Source of the DNA: a virus
DNA length: 64,000 nucleotides
Reading direction: 5' to 3' (one strand)
IMG/VR virus record: IMGVR_UViG_3300044739_000018
Span: 99,482 to 163,481 of that record
The translations under genes and the position numbers were made by a program. Under the pieces are notes generated by a model that ran no database searches, was not told the DNA's origin, and saw only the letters and a program-made list of their open reading frames with translations. Numbering within the stretch: position 1 is the first letter of the stretch; the number at the start of each line of letters is the position of its first letter. This document shows positions 31,253 to 41,868 of the stretch, one piece after another.

Positions 31253-31677
31253 ACCCTGAGTGCCGCTTGTGTGGCAACTGTCATCCATATGACGTGTATT
31301 GCGAGGATCATCTACAGGAGACCTATATGTGGAGTACTACGACCAAGAAACAGATCTACACGCAGTCCCGGGAGGACCCTTGGGCTGACATGCTGCCCGA
31401 GGATGGCAAGGTCGTGGAGCTTCGCAGAGTCAAGGCGGGGGATGAGCTTCACGACCAGCAATGCTCTGCCTGTGGAGAAAGGACCAAGGCTCGTCAGACA
31501 GTGCTGGCCCTGCTCACCATGGATGGTTCGTACAAGCGAGCCATCATTCACCTGACCTGTCTGGAGCTTTACCTGGACGAGCTTCCTGACGAGACGGGCT
31601 TCGCAACGAAGCGTCGGGAAAAGGCAACCGCTGGGCTGGTTGCCCTGGAGAAAGACCTGGCGGCAAAGGCAGTATGA
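31249..31677 (+). CDS. Zn-finger protein
   Basis: CSAC...HLTC, resembling the preceding gene. Confidence 0.55.
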   Translation: MNPECRLCGNCHPYDVYCEDHLQETYMWSTTTKKQIYTQSREDPWADMLPEDGKVVELRRVKAGDELHDQQCSACGERTKARQTVLALLTMDGSYKRAIIHLTCLELYLDELPDETGFATKRREKATAGLVALEKDLAAKAV

Positions 31678-31913
31678 CGAACGACCGGCTCGACAAGGTT
31701 GTGCCGTTCATCGAAACGTACATGGCCGAGCGCGGCTTCGCGCCGTCCACCCGCGAGCTTGCTGCGGGCCTCGGGTTCAAATCCACCGAGAGCATCCACC
31801 GATACCTCATTCGGTTGCGTGATGATGGCGCAATCGAATGGGAGCCGGGAAAGGCCCGGACTCTAAGGGTGGTTGCTCATGGCGACACAGGGGATTACGG
31901 AGAGCGGATATAG
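31674..31913 (+). CDS. LexA-type winged-HTH DNA-binding protein (no peptidase domain)
   Basis: GFAPSTRELAAGLGFKS...L.RL..DG.I...PGKARTL. Confidence 0.88.
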   Translation: MTNDRLDKVVPFIETYMAERGFAPSTRELAAGLGFKSTESIHRYLIRLRDDGAIEWEPGKARTLRVVAHGDTGDYGERI

Positions 31914-32331
31914 CCGCGCCCTAAATGCTGCGTGTTCAGGTGGCGGAGCGGGCACCGGCACGGCCACTTCTGGCGCTGCATGGGACCCGAGCAGTTTCGT
32001 CAGCAGCAGCACGATCACGTTCGGCAACACCCCTGTACCAGTATGTCCTGCGGGCCATGTGGCGGGAGAGAACTACGCCGAGTATCTCGACGGCGAGATC
32101 GCTACCAACTGTGAGTCCTGCGGGCAGCGCATCACCTTCAAGTCCTTGCCGGGTGGGGTACCACTACTCCGCCTGAAGTTCCTGCTGGAACAGGTGATGG
32201 GCGCAGAGGAAGTCACGAGCCGCATGCTTGAGGACTTCGGCGCCGTCAAGGACGCGCTCCAGACCGAGCGACAGGTGCTAGATGCCGCCGATGCACTCCT
32301 CGCCGTCGCGCAGGCGCTGCTGGAAAAGTGA
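31879..32331 (+). CDS. Hypothetical protein
   Basis: CPAGH...CESCG. Confidence 0.5.
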   Translation: MATQGITESGYSRALNAACSGGGAGTGTATSGAAWDPSSFVSSSTITFGNTPVPVCPAGHVAGENYAEYLDGEIATNCESCGQRITFKSLPGGVPLLRLKFLLEQVMGAEEVTSRMLEDFGAVKDALQTERQVLDAADALLAVAQALLEK

Positions 32332-32741
32332 TGCAAGTGGAACTGCGGTTCCCGGTGCCCAATCGACCCCTCAGCATCAACGAGGCCAACTCGATGCGTC
32401 ACTGGGCTGCGAAGAAGCGTCGACTCGATCCGTGGAAGGAAGCGGTTCAGTGGGCCTGGCGTGACGCGCAGTCGTACCAGTGGATCGTGCGAGACAAGCC
32501 AACGCTCGTTGAGATCGAGATTCCCTTCAACACGAAGCGTCGGCGGGACCCGCACAACTACACGGGCACCATCATGAAGACGGTGGTGGATGCCCTCGTC
32601 ACCAAGACGAAGGGCGGCGAGGTCGTGTGGAACGGGGCTTGGCCGGACGACACTCCGGAGTGGATCGAGACGGCTGAACCCGTGCTCGTAGAGGGGGACG
32701 AAGTGGTCATTCGCCTTACTCCGAGGCGTGCCGGTGCTTGA
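32328..32741 (+). CDS. RusA-like Holliday junction resolvase
   Basis: RRRDPHN...KTVVDAL...WPDD. Confidence 0.8.
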   Translation: MMQVELRFPVPNRPLSINEANSMRHWAAKKRRLDPWKEAVQWAWRDAQSYQWIVRDKPTLVEIEIPFNTKRRRDPHNYTGTIMKTVVDALVTKTKGGEVVWNGAWPDDTPEWIETAEPVLVEGDEVVIRLTPRRAGA

Positions 32742-33447
32742 TTTCGCTGTTGGCTGCCCCGTGCGGAAGCGGGCATGGATCTTGCCTCTCTGGTTCGAGC
32801 ACATCGAAGCCGCATGTGCAGAGGTCAGCGTGTCACCAACGTACGTTTTCGTCGTTGACATGGAGGACCTCGAAACCACCGAATGCATCTTGCAAGAGAC
32901 CTCGAAGCGTCGCCGGGAAGTTGTTCTCGTGCCCGCTCAGGAGCCATCACGACCTGACATTCGGGTGTGGAACGAGGACCGCTACCACCACATGGTCTAC
33001 CTGCGGAACCTCCTCCTCGACAGCGTTCGGACCATTGGGCCAGATCTGTTCTGGTCGGTGGACAGCGACATGCTCGTCCATCCGGAGGCGTTGATGTACG
33101 CCATCGACGCTCTCCGGCGGTTCGATGCAGTCGCGTCCCGGGCCTATCTCTCGGAGGGGCAGGACACTCGCTGTCCCAATTGGGCCACCTACACGCGCAT
33201 GGGCGGGTTGTCGCGGCAGGACATGGATGGCGGCTCGTTTGCGGTCGGCGTAATCATGGCGATCAAGCTCATGACGCCCCCTGCGTACAAGGTGGACTAC
33301 TCGTGGAATCACCAGGGCGAGGACATCGGCTGGAGCTTGGCAGCCAAGCGACTGGGACTGACTCTCGGTTGGGATTCTCGCACCACGTCGAAGCACGTCT
33401 TCCATCCATGGGAACTGGACAAGGTGGATATCCGATGCGGCTACTAG
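32728..33447 (+). CDS. Glycosyltransferase (GT-A fold)
   Basis: LRN.LL, SVDSDML, GEDIGWS. Confidence 0.8.
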   Translation: MPVLDFAVGCPVRKRAWILPLWFEHIEAACAEVSVSPTYVFVVDMEDLETTECILQETSKRRREVVLVPAQEPSRPDIRVWNEDRYHHMVYLRNLLLDSVRTIGPDLFWSVDSDMLVHPEALMYAIDALRRFDAVASRAYLSEGQDTRCPNWATYTRMGGLSRQDMDGGSFAVGVIMAIKLMTPPAYKVDYSWNHQGEDIGWSLAAKRLGLTLGWDSRTTSKHVFHPWELDKVDIRCGY

Positions 33448-34238
33448 AACCCGGTCTCGACATCGTGATGGTGAACTATCGGACACCAGACGATTTCGAG
33501 TCCTGGCTGAACTCGTTTCTCAAGAACGAGCCGTCGTATCCATATGACCTCTGGCTAGCCAACGTGGAACCAAGGGACTGGGACCAACGGCATGGCCGGT
33601 TCATGCACGACCTCATGCCGTTGGCGACGTACGCCGAGTTCCCCACCAACGTGGGCTATGCCACCGCTGTGAACCGGTGCCTGGAAGAAGGCAGCCGCAT
33701 GGTGATCGCTGCGTTCAATGCTGATACGCGGATCACCCCAGGCGTACTGGATGCGTGTTACGAGAAGCTACTGGCTCGCCCCGACTGGGGCATCCTAGGC
33801 CCTCGCAGCACCGATGAGATGTTGCGTATCACGCATGGTGGCATCTTGGGATCACCCCAGAGACCGCAACTTCGTGGCTGGATGCAGCGTGATACCGGAC
33901 AGTTCAATGATGTCCGTGATGACGCCGTCTCGGTGAGCGGCTCAGCCTACTTCTGCAAGCGGGCAGTGTGGGAGGAGCTAACCAACTGCCCCATCTACCA
34001 GGAGGTAGCGGAAGGCGCCGAGGGTGCCTTCCTGCCAACTCAGCACTACTACGAGGAGACAGCGTGCTCGTACCACGCCGTAGCCCACGGCTACAAGGTC
34101 GTCTATGACGGCGAGGACCATCTGGTCCACATATGGCACCGTGCCTCCCCCGTGGGTGGCTGGGCCGAGCAGCAGATGGGTGCCAGCCGCGAGTTCTTCC
34201 GAGTCTTCTGTGATGCCCACGGCATCCCTCACGACTGA
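33435..34238 (+). CDS. Glycosyltransferase family 2
   Basis: IVMVNY, NVGYATAVN, NAD, VSGS, YYEE. Confidence 0.88.
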   Translation: MRLLEPGLDIVMVNYRTPDDFESWLNSFLKNEPSYPYDLWLANVEPRDWDQRHGRFMHDLMPLATYAEFPTNVGYATAVNRCLEEGSRMVIAAFNADTRITPGVLDACYEKLLARPDWGILGPRSTDEMLRITHGGILGSPQRPQLRGWMQRDTGQFNDVRDDAVSVSGSAYFCKRAVWEELTNCPIYQEVAEGAEGAFLPTQHYYEETACSYHAVAHGYKVVYDGEDHLVHIWHRASPVGGWAEQQMGASREFFRVFCDAHGIPHD

Positions 34239-34610
34239 GGGGAGGGAGATGCGCAAGCTTCGCAAGGCGAAGAAGCGGTTGGAAGCACGTCGGGAGGCGT
34301 ACGACGGCAGCAAGATCGCCAACACGTCGGGCTATCACCGCCCGGGTTCACTCAAGAAGTAACTCTGTCACCGTGCGGTGACATTTCCAGCTCAACGGAC
34401 GTTGAGCTTCACAAGTCCTAATCGACAAGCAATTAGGAGTTACAAAAGTGCTGGTCAGAGAGGTGCGCTCCGAGCTAGACGATTTTGAGGCCCTTGAAAC
34501 CGGGTCAAATCGGACGCGTTTTGACCGTAGCTCTTGTTTTCGCGGGCAAATGGGACGAATCCGTCTCGACATTAACTAGCCGAAATCTCAACGCTCGTTG
34601 AGGAGATCAG

Positions 34611-35336
34611 ATGAGGCTGCTAGCCACGATGGTGACCAAGGATGAGGCCGGTCGCTACCTCGCGGACTGTCTCGGGTGGCTGAAGACATGCGTAGACGAG
34701 ATCCATGTGTTTGATGACAAGTCTGACGATGAGACACCCGAGATCGTTCTGTCTCACGAGTGTCGCCTGACGGTGCGGGCAGATGATCAGCCGAGCTTCC
34801 TTGATCATGAGGGCAGGTTCAGACAGGCGGCCTGGCACGCGTTTGAACAGAAGATAAAGCCCGAGATAAACGACTGGGTTCTAGCGATTGACGCTGACGA
34901 GTTTCTCGTCGCGGATGGAAAAGAGCGTCTAGAGCTGGTTCATGCGGCCACGGAAGCGAACTTTCGTGCGGCGAAGTCTGTGATCCTCAAGTTCCAAGAA
35001 GTCTTCGGTTTTCGTGGCGACATTCCACTGGTTCGTACGGATGGTTACTGGGATTCCATTACCCATCCCCGCTTCTTCCAGTATGAGCCGAACGGGGCGT
35101 TCCTCGACCGACCCATGGCCTGTGGCAGCGAGCCGACGTACGTGCGGGCATCGCCGTACGTGGATGCGCCGAACCTCTCTGTCCTTCATTACGGATACGC
35201 CAAACCGGAAGATCAGGCACAGAAGTTCCAAAGGTACTCCGAGGCAACGGGGCACAATTCACGACATATCGACTCGATCTTGCAACAGGGTCGGCTCATT
35301 CCGTGGCAGGGAAGGCGACCATGTTTGACCTCGTGA
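34611..35336 (+). CDS. Glycosyltransferase family 2
   Basis: FDDKSDDET, IDADEFL, LHYGY. Confidence 0.88.
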   Translation: MRLLATMVTKDEAGRYLADCLGWLKTCVDEIHVFDDKSDDETPEIVLSHECRLTVRADDQPSFLDHEGRFRQAAWHAFEQKIKPEINDWVLAIDADEFLVADGKERLELVHAATEANFRAAKSVILKFQEVFGFRGDIPLVRTDGYWDSITHPRFFQYEPNGAFLDRPMACGSEPTYVRASPYVDAPNLSVLHYGYAKPEDQAQKFQRYSEATGHNSRHIDSILQQGRLIPWQGRRPCLTS

Positions 35337-35899
35337 CGGTCTTCCACAACGACAGGAACCACAAGCAGGCCAAACAGCTAGAAGCAGACCTCCACTTCCA
35401 CGCCGATGCTGACTACGTGCTCTGGAATGTGGATAACCGTGAGGAGAACCGTGGATTCTCCAAAGGTTCGAACTTGGGAGCCTCTTGGGGAAGTCAGCCG
35501 TTCATCGGCTTCCTGAATCCCGACTCCCAGGTCAGCGGCCCGCTTCTCAGCCCCGTGCTGCGCTCCTTTCAGGACGAGAACGTGGTCATCACGGGGGAGA
35601 GGTTCAATAAGCCACAGTCCGAACTCCGAACTTGGGGAGTCAGGGATTGGGTGTGTGGAGCCTGCTTCTTTGTGCGCCGATCCTTCTGGGAGGAAGCGGG
35701 AGGCTTTGACGAGCAGTTTGTCTGGGGCTGGGAGGAGACGGATCTCATTCGGTATGCAGAGATCTCGGGTCGCTGCGTTCGTTCGATCTCCCTTCCCGTC
35801 TACCACGAGAGTCCGCAAGAGGAAACACAAGAGGACTTCGCATATAAACGTAAGCACTTTGCCGAAGGTGCTGCTCTGTTCTATAGGAAGTGGCGATGA
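35321..35899 (+). CDS. Glycosyltransferase family 2
   Basis: NRGFSKGSN, LNPD, GGFDEQF.WGWEETD. Confidence 0.88.
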   Translation: MFDLVTVFHNDRNHKQAKQLEADLHFHADADYVLWNVDNREENRGFSKGSNLGASWGSQPFIGFLNPDSQVSGPLLSPVLRSFQDENVVITGERFNKPQSELRTWGVRDWVCGACFFVRRSFWEEAGGFDEQFVWGWEETDLIRYAEISGRCVRSISLPVYHESPQEETQEDFAYKRKHFAEGAALFYRKWR

Positions 35900-36498
35900 C
35901 TGTTTCGATAATTGTCAGCACCTTCGGGGACCGCAGCATTTGGCACCCGCTCGCCTGTCGTGCCATAGGCTCGGCTGAGAAGCAGACCGTGAAGTCGCAG
36001 GTGATCTACGTTCATGGCGCGTCTTTGCAGGATGCCAGGAACGCCGGTGCTGCGCGAGCAGAGGGGGATTGGCTGATCTTCCTTGATGCTGACGACGAAC
36101 TCGATCCTGGGTACGTGGAAGCGATGGAAGCGGGCACCGGTGACCTTCGACAACCGGCGACCCTTGGGGTCGTGGACGGCAGAGAAGATCCGTTTCCTGT
36201 GGTGATCCCGAAGAAGCCGCTACTGGATGGCAATTACATGGTCATAGGAACCATGTGTCGTAAGGACTTGTTCGGTCAGGTGGGGGGCTTTGACGACTGG
36301 CCCATCTACGAGGACTGGGACCTCTGGATCCGCATGTGGCTACTAGGGGCGGTCCCTGCGCCCTGCCCCGAGGCCATCTACCGTGTGCATGTGCAGCAAG
36401 AGGGCCGAAACAGTCAAGACCGAGCAACCCAGGTGAAGTACTACAACGCGATTCGACAGAAGCACCTGCCGGTCGCACGAGCAAAGAGGCTCGCATGA
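35896..36498 (+). CDS. Glycosyltransferase family 2
   Basis: ARNAGA, FLDADD, GGFD, EDWDLW. Confidence 0.9.
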   Translation: MTVSIIVSTFGDRSIWHPLACRAIGSAEKQTVKSQVIYVHGASLQDARNAGAARAEGDWLIFLDADDELDPGYVEAMEAGTGDLRQPATLGVVDGREDPFPVVIPKKPLLDGNYMVIGTMCRKDLFGQVGGFDDWPIYEDWDLWIRMWLLGAVPAPCPEAIYRVHVQQEGRNSQDRATQVKYYNAIRQKHLPVARAKRLA

Positions 36499-37157
36499 AG
36501 ACGACCTTGTTGATGTTCACTGATGGCAGGAGGGAGTGTCTCAAGCATACTCTCGACTCAGCGTCAGAGATGCTGTCGGGCAAGATCGACCACCGAATCA
36601 TCGTGAACGATTGCCTTGATCCCGACTACGCCGACTGGCTGCGGAAGACCTGTTACGACTTCGAGATCATTCGTCACACGGACAAGCGCGGCTTCTGCGG
36701 CGCTATCCAGAGTGGCTGGGCGGCGATCCCGCCTGACACGGACTTCGTGTTCCACCTGGAGGATGACTTCACGTTCAACCGTCCGGTGCCCCTGAAGGAC
36801 ATGGCAGCAGTACTCCAGGCCAACGCCCATCTCGTGCAACTGGCGTTGAGGCGGCAGCCGTGGAACGCCGAGGAGGTGCTGGCCGGTGGCGTCATCGAGA
36901 TGTGGCCTGACGAGTATGTGCAGGAGAGCAGCACCTTCGGTTCGTGGCTGGAGCACCGGCTGTTCTTCACGACCAACCCGTCGATGTACCACGTTCGTTG
37001 GACGCGTGAGGGCTGGCCTGACGCGCCAGCATGTGAGCGCGCTTTCACTGACAAGTTGCTGACGGACGAGGACGTGCGCTTTGGCTTCTGGGGCAAGCGA
37101 ACCGATGATCCGTGGGTCCACCACATCGGGGATGTGCGGGCGGGAAGCGGCTACTAG
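36495..37157 (+). CDS. Glycosyltransferase (GT-A)
   Basis: IIVND, VFHLEDDF, HIG. Confidence 0.8.
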   Translation: MKTTLLMFTDGRRECLKHTLDSASEMLSGKIDHRIIVNDCLDPDYADWLRKTCYDFEIIRHTDKRGFCGAIQSGWAAIPPDTDFVFHLEDDFTFNRPVPLKDMAAVLQANAHLVQLALRRQPWNAEEVLAGGVIEMWPDEYVQESSTFGSWLEHRLFFTTNPSMYHVRWTREGWPDAPACERAFTDKLLTDEDVRFGFWGKRTDDPWVHHIGDVRAGSGY

Positions 37158-37738
37158 TGATCTTTCTGGATGTGGGCGGGCACCGAGGCCAGACCCTTGA
37201 GGAAGTACTGAAGCACAAGTTCACGTGGGTGCATTGCTTCGAGCCGATGCCAGCGGAGTACGCCTATTTGCAAGAGACCTACGGCCATCTGTCCAAGCTC
37301 ACGCTGCACAACTTCGGCCTGGCTGAAAGCACCGGGCAGCGCAACGTGTATGGAACAAATGCTGGCATGGAGGCATCCCTGTTTGCGGACAAGGTGGACG
37401 CTGATGCGGGCACGGTGACGGTGTGTGAATTCGTTGAGGCATCTGAGTTCTTTCGTACCAATCTCGGCGGCAGCGCGATCGTGAAGCTCAACTGTGAGGG
37501 GTCAGAGACGCTGATCCTCAACAACCTGATCGACTCAGGCGAGATCTGGAAGATCGTTGAGGTGATGATCGACTTTGATGTCCGCAAGATCCCCAAGATG
37601 AAGAAGGAAGAAAAGCGAACGCTCGACCGGCTGCGGGCTATGAAGTTTGATCGCTTCGTGCTGTCCGAGAAGGTCATGATCGGTGAAACGCACCAGGACC
37701 GTATTGCCAACTGGCTGCGGGCAGGAGGCTGGATATGA
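37157..37738 (+). CDS. FkbM-family methyltransferase
   Basis: LDVGGHRG, FEP, VKLNCEGSE. Confidence 0.88.
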   Translation: MIFLDVGGHRGQTLEEVLKHKFTWVHCFEPMPAEYAYLQETYGHLSKLTLHNFGLAESTGQRNVYGTNAGMEASLFADKVDADAGTVTVCEFVEASEFFRTNLGGSAIVKLNCEGSETLILNNLIDSGEIWKIVEVMIDFDVRKIPKMKKEEKRTLDRLRAMKFDRFVLSEKVMIGETHQDRIANWLRAGGWI

Positions 37739-38532
37739 GCGTGTGGGGCATCACCATGATGCGCGACGAAGAAGATGTGGCAGAACATGTCATCAGGCAC
37801 ATGTTCGGAGAGGGCCTCGCTGGCATCATCGTTGCCGACAACAACTCCAAGGACGGCACACTGGCGGCCCTTCATCGGGCCAGCAGGTATGGGAACCTCA
37901 TTGTCCAGGACGACCCGGAGATGGGTTACTACCAATCCAAGAAGATGACGACCCTGGCGCATCAGGCGGCGGGCAACGGGGCGACGTGGATCGTTCCCTT
38001 CGACGCCGATGAGCTTTGGTATGCCGTGGACAGGCTGTCGATCACTCTCATGAACATGCCGGAGGAAGTGCGGGTGGTGCGCGCTCCGCTGTGGAACCAC
38101 TTCCCCTCCGCCATCGACCCCGAGGGCAAGACGCCCTTCCAGCGCATCGCCTACCGGCAGCTAGAGTCTGGGGCGCTCCCCAAGGTGTGCTTCCGATACC
38201 ACGAGAGCTGCTGGATCTTGCAGGGCAACCACGGGGTGACCATGGAGGACACCAGGTGGCCGGAGGACAGCGTCCAGGGAGATGTGAAGCTGCGCCACTT
38301 TCCGTACCGCTCCTTTGAGCAGTTCATGCGCAAGGCTACGAACGGAGCCGAGGCGTACAGGGCCACAGACCTGCCGCCCGAGGAGGGCGCGCACTGGCGT
38401 CAGTATGGCGAGATTCTGGAGCGTCACGGGGAGGCAGCTTTGCGTGATGTATTTGAGAAGTGGTTCCACTTTCCAGCACCCGTGACAGCCGGATTGGTGC
38501 TGGACCCGGCCCCTTATTGTCGCTGGGAGTAG
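37735..38532 (+). CDS. Glycosyltransferase family 2
   Basis: RDEED, ADNNSKDGT, FDADELW, GNH, HFPYRSFEQF. Confidence 0.9.
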   Translation: MSVWGITMMRDEEDVAEHVIRHMFGEGLAGIIVADNNSKDGTLAALHRASRYGNLIVQDDPEMGYYQSKKMTTLAHQAAGNGATWIVPFDADELWYAVDRLSITLMNMPEEVRVVRAPLWNHFPSAIDPEGKTPFQRIAYRQLESGALPKVCFRYHESCWILQGNHGVTMEDTRWPEDSVQGDVKLRHFPYRSFEQFMRKATNGAEAYRATDLPPEEGAHWRQYGEILERHGEAALRDVFEKWFHFPAPVTAGLVLDPAPYCRWE

Positions 38533-38600
38533 TAACTGTCTGGGATTCTCAGACAAACCTGCCGAAGATAGTTACACACGTGTAACTCCGGAGGTAGGTT

Positions 38601-39275
38601 GTGGAAGTGACAGACGAAGATTCTCCACAGGCAGAGGAAGAATCCGATCCAGGCATTGTCGTCCCTATGGACGATCAACGTCCGGTCACCTTGCCCTCAG
38701 GCGGCACGTTCTTCGTGGACAAGCGGGAGACTGCTTACTTCAGTGAGCGCGTGCGCCGCTACCTCAGTGACAACCACTTCACCAACGTGGCTGACCTGGC
38801 TTCGCTGGACCAGATCCTGGTTCTGGAACTCTTGGTCTGGCGTTGGGGTATCTGGGTGTCGCAGCAGCGGGACTACTGGGGCGACCCGATTGACGAGAAG
38901 GGCTACGGCAAGCAGATCAAGGAGCTTGCCGGTGAGCTTCGCCAGCTAAAGGCTTCCCTGGGCATCGACAAGGTGACCCGGGACAAGCAGCGTGGTGAGG
39001 AGTCGGTAGATAAGTACCTCGCCAACCTTCGTGCCCGCGCCAAGGACTTCGGCGTGAAGCGGGAAAAGGAACTTGGCAAGGCTCTGGAGTTGTTCAACGA
39101 ACTCAAGTCCCTGGTGGTGCTGCATTACAACTCCACGGACGACGAGCGTCGTGAAATGAAGGTCAAGGCAACGGACGTGTTGGAGTGGATCCGCGACGTA
39201 GCCATGCCTGAGTACGACAAGATCGACGACCACTTCCGGAAGAACAATCAACGATTCTGGATTCGTGACATGTGA
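38601..39275 (+). CDS. Putative terminase small subunit
   Basis: Helical protein upstream of TerL; positional inference. Confidence 0.45.
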   Translation: MEVTDEDSPQAEEESDPGIVVPMDDQRPVTLPSGGTFFVDKRETAYFSERVRRYLSDNHFTNVADLASLDQILVLELLVWRWGIWVSQQRDYWGDPIDEKGYGKQIKELAGELRQLKASLGIDKVTRDKQRGEESVDKYLANLRARAKDFGVKREKELGKALELFNELKSLVVLHYNSTDDERREMKVKATDVLEWIRDVAMPEYDKIDDHFRKNNQRFWIRDM

Positions 39276-39832
39276 TGAAGCACGACCTCTCCATGTTCGA
39301 GGAAGCGAACAAGAAGAAGATTCCGTGGGACAAGCGCGCCGTGATGATCAAAGAGCGGTTCCCGTCCACCGGGAAGCTGAACTGGAACGTTGCGTTCGAC
39401 CGCGACCTCGATCTCTTCGCCCGCATCGTCCGGGACATCCTGAAGCTAGATCAGGCACAACCGGGTCGCCCTGGACCACGCCCGTCACTCGACTACGGGC
39501 AGGCTACGCACCGACTACGCCAGTTCATGGGGCAGGACTACGCCATGCTGCCCTTCCCGGAAGCGTTGAAGGCGCTGACCGGTGGCCTGTCGATTCGCAA
39601 GCTCTCTGAGAAGACCGGGCTAGAGCGCAACCTCGTCCACCAGCTACTTCGTGGTGAGCGGGAACCCGATGTCTATGCCATGACGCAGATTGCGAAAGCG
39701 TACGAGAAGCACCCGAGTTACTTCATGGAGTACCGGATCCTATTCATCACGAGCGCCATCGTCGGTCGCATTGAAGACGTTCCAGAAGCGACGATCAACC
39801 TGTACCGGAAGATGGTCGAGGAGCGAGACTAA
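39272..39832 (+). CDS. XRE-type HTH protein
   Basis: LSIRKLSEKTGL....VHQLLRGEREP. Confidence 0.75.
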   Translation: MMKHDLSMFEEANKKKIPWDKRAVMIKERFPSTGKLNWNVAFDRDLDLFARIVRDILKLDQAQPGRPGPRPSLDYGQATHRLRQFMGQDYAMLPFPEALKALTGGLSIRKLSEKTGLERNLVHQLLRGEREPDVYAMTQIAKAYEKHPSYFMEYRILFITSAIVGRIEDVPEATINLYRKMVEERD

Positions 39833-41472
39833 TGGCAGTTCTAGAAGATCTCTCCGAGGAGGAGTGTTACCTGTGGGCCATCTTGCAGGATCCGAGTGGT
39901 CTGGATCTTGCGGAGTGGTCCTGGCACGACCCCGACGACGACAACGGGACGTGGCGTGCCTGGCCCTACCAGTGGTCGTGGTTCCGTAACACCGATCCGC
40001 TACAGATCGACCAATGTGCCCGCTCGGTGGGCAAGTCGCTCTCCATCAAGATGCGTATGTTTGCCTTCCCGTTCCTGTATCCGGGGCAGGAGGCGGTCGT
40101 TACTGCTCCCGAACTTGTTCACCTTCACCCGATCACCGGCCTCATTGAGAGCCAGTTCAACCACACGCGGCTGGGCCGCGAGATGCTCCCCAAGGGCAGG
40201 AACATGGGGATCACCCACCGTCCATTCCAGATGGACTTCAACAATGGTGCCCGCATCCTGGGCCGTATTCCGCAGCGAGACGGCAAGGGCGTTAAGGGAC
40301 TCCACCCCATCTGGCTGGAGTTGGACGAGGGCCAGGACTACCCCGCGCCAGGCTGGATCGAGCTAACCGAGACCTTGAAGCGAGGTCACGAAGGTGCCGT
40401 CTGGCGGGCACATGGTGTTACGCGCGGCGTCCGCGACCACTTCTACAAGTACACGCAGCCCGAGTCCTCATGGACAGTTCACCGCTTCACGGCCATGCAC
40501 CGTCCGAACTGGTCTGATGAGGAGCGCCAGGAGAAGATTGAACAGTACGGGTCCAAGGAGCACCCCGACTATCGACGCAACGTACTGGGCCTGCATGGTG
40601 ACGCCACCAATCCGTTGTTCGTGCTGCATCGCCTCATGCAGTGCGTCGACTCTGACGAAACCAGCGACTACAACCAGAAGGAGTACTTCCAAGTCCGTCT
40701 GTCGGACGAGGTGCTCCGGGACATGGGCAATGACATCGTTGGCCTGCTGGACTTTCCCCACAGCCACAAGTCGAGTAAGTACCTGAACTACTGGATGGGG
40801 ATGGACGTTGGGTATACGTCACACCCGTCCGAGATCCTCATTTTTGGGGAACACCGACCAACGCAAAGCAAGCCCAGCAAACTTCGGCTCCTCACGCGCC
40901 TGCACTTGGAGCGCATCAACCACAAGGACCAGGTGGCCGCAATTATGTGGGCCATCGACTTCTATCGGCCCAAGGTCTTCGCCATGGACAAGACCGGGCT
41001 GGGCCTGCCCTTGTTCCAGGACATCCAAAACAAGGCCGAGGAACAGGTTCACCTGAAGGACACCCTTGAGACGATCAAGGGCTACAACTTCAGCAGCAAG
41101 ATCCTCGTGGACTTCGACAGCACTATCGAGGTTGACCAGTTCGGGCCGACGCCCAAAGAGGATCTCATCAAGCAGTCGGGGATCCAGCGCAACGTCTTGG
41201 AGTACTCAACCGACAAGCTGCGTGAGCTGGTGGACCACGAACGTGTGGAACTTCCTTGGGACCGAGACCTGATCGGAGAGTTCCAGGGCCAGACGTACAT
41301 CGTGGTCAAGACGGAGATGGACTCCTACGGGCGCCGTCGCTACAGCGAGGGCCAGTTCCACGCGCTGGATGCTGCCCGCATGGCGGCACTTGGCTACGCC
41401 CAGTTCTCCATCGAGGAGTTTGTTCGTGAGGTTGACGACGAACCGGTCTTCGATTCGTTTGTTGCCTTCTAA
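39832..41472 (+). CDS. Terminase large subunit
   Basis: ARSVGKS Walker A, LELDE Walker B, GMDVG RNase H-like nuclease, HALDA. Confidence 0.88.
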   Translation: MAVLEDLSEEECYLWAILQDPSGLDLAEWSWHDPDDDNGTWRAWPYQWSWFRNTDPLQIDQCARSVGKSLSIKMRMFAFPFLYPGQEAVVTAPELVHLHPITGLIESQFNHTRLGREMLPKGRNMGITHRPFQMDFNNGARILGRIPQRDGKGVKGLHPIWLELDEGQDYPAPGWIELTETLKRGHEGAVWRAHGVTRGVRDHFYKYTQPESSWTVHRFTAMHRPNWSDEERQEKIEQYGSKEHPDYRRNVLGLHGDATNPLFVLHRLMQCVDSDETSDYNQKEYFQVRLSDEVLRDMGNDIVGLLDFPHSHKSSKYLNYWMGMDVGYTSHPSEILIFGEHRPTQSKPSKLRLLTRLHLERINHKDQVAAIMWAIDFYRPKVFAMDKTGLGLPLFQDIQNKAEEQVHLKDTLETIKGYNFSSKILVDFDSTIEVDQFGPTPKEDLIKQSGIQRNVLEYSTDKLRELVDHERVELPWDRDLIGEFQGQTYIVVKTEMDSYGRRRYSEGQFHALDAARMAALGYAQFSIEEFVREVDDEPVFDSFVAF

Positions 41473-41511
41473 GAAGTTCGATTAACCGCTAAGGAAGGCC
41501 GACAAACTGCT

Positions 41512-41868
41512 ATGGCTCAATTCGAACTAGCTGAAGCCGTGGTGCCTGCTGCCTCAACGAACGTTGGGTGCGTTCAGAAGGCTACCTGGGTCGACTCTTG
41601 GCGGGCCGAGCTTGATGAGGGCTACACGACCATGCGCAAGTTCGGGTCCATGGACATCACCGATGTGCTCCTCTGCCTCTCTGCCTTCTCCGCACGAGCA
41701 GCGGAGATGCGGGCACAGTGCAATCGCGTCGAGAACCGCAAGGCCGCTGCCTTCCGGACCCGCGAGGTTGACCCCTTCCTTGAGGAAGTCGACCGCCAGT
41801 TCCGTATCCACAGTCGACTCCAGGCTGTTCGTCAGATGGAGTGGGATGCGATGCGAGGTCAGGTCTGA
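41512..41868 (+). CDS. Hypothetical protein
   Basis: Between TerL and portal. Confidence 0.6.
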   Translation: MAQFELAEAVVPAASTNVGCVQKATWVDSWRAELDEGYTTMRKFGSMDITDVLLCLSAFSARAAEMRAQCNRVENRKAAAFRTREVDPFLEEVDRQFRIHSRLQAVRQMEWDAMRGQV

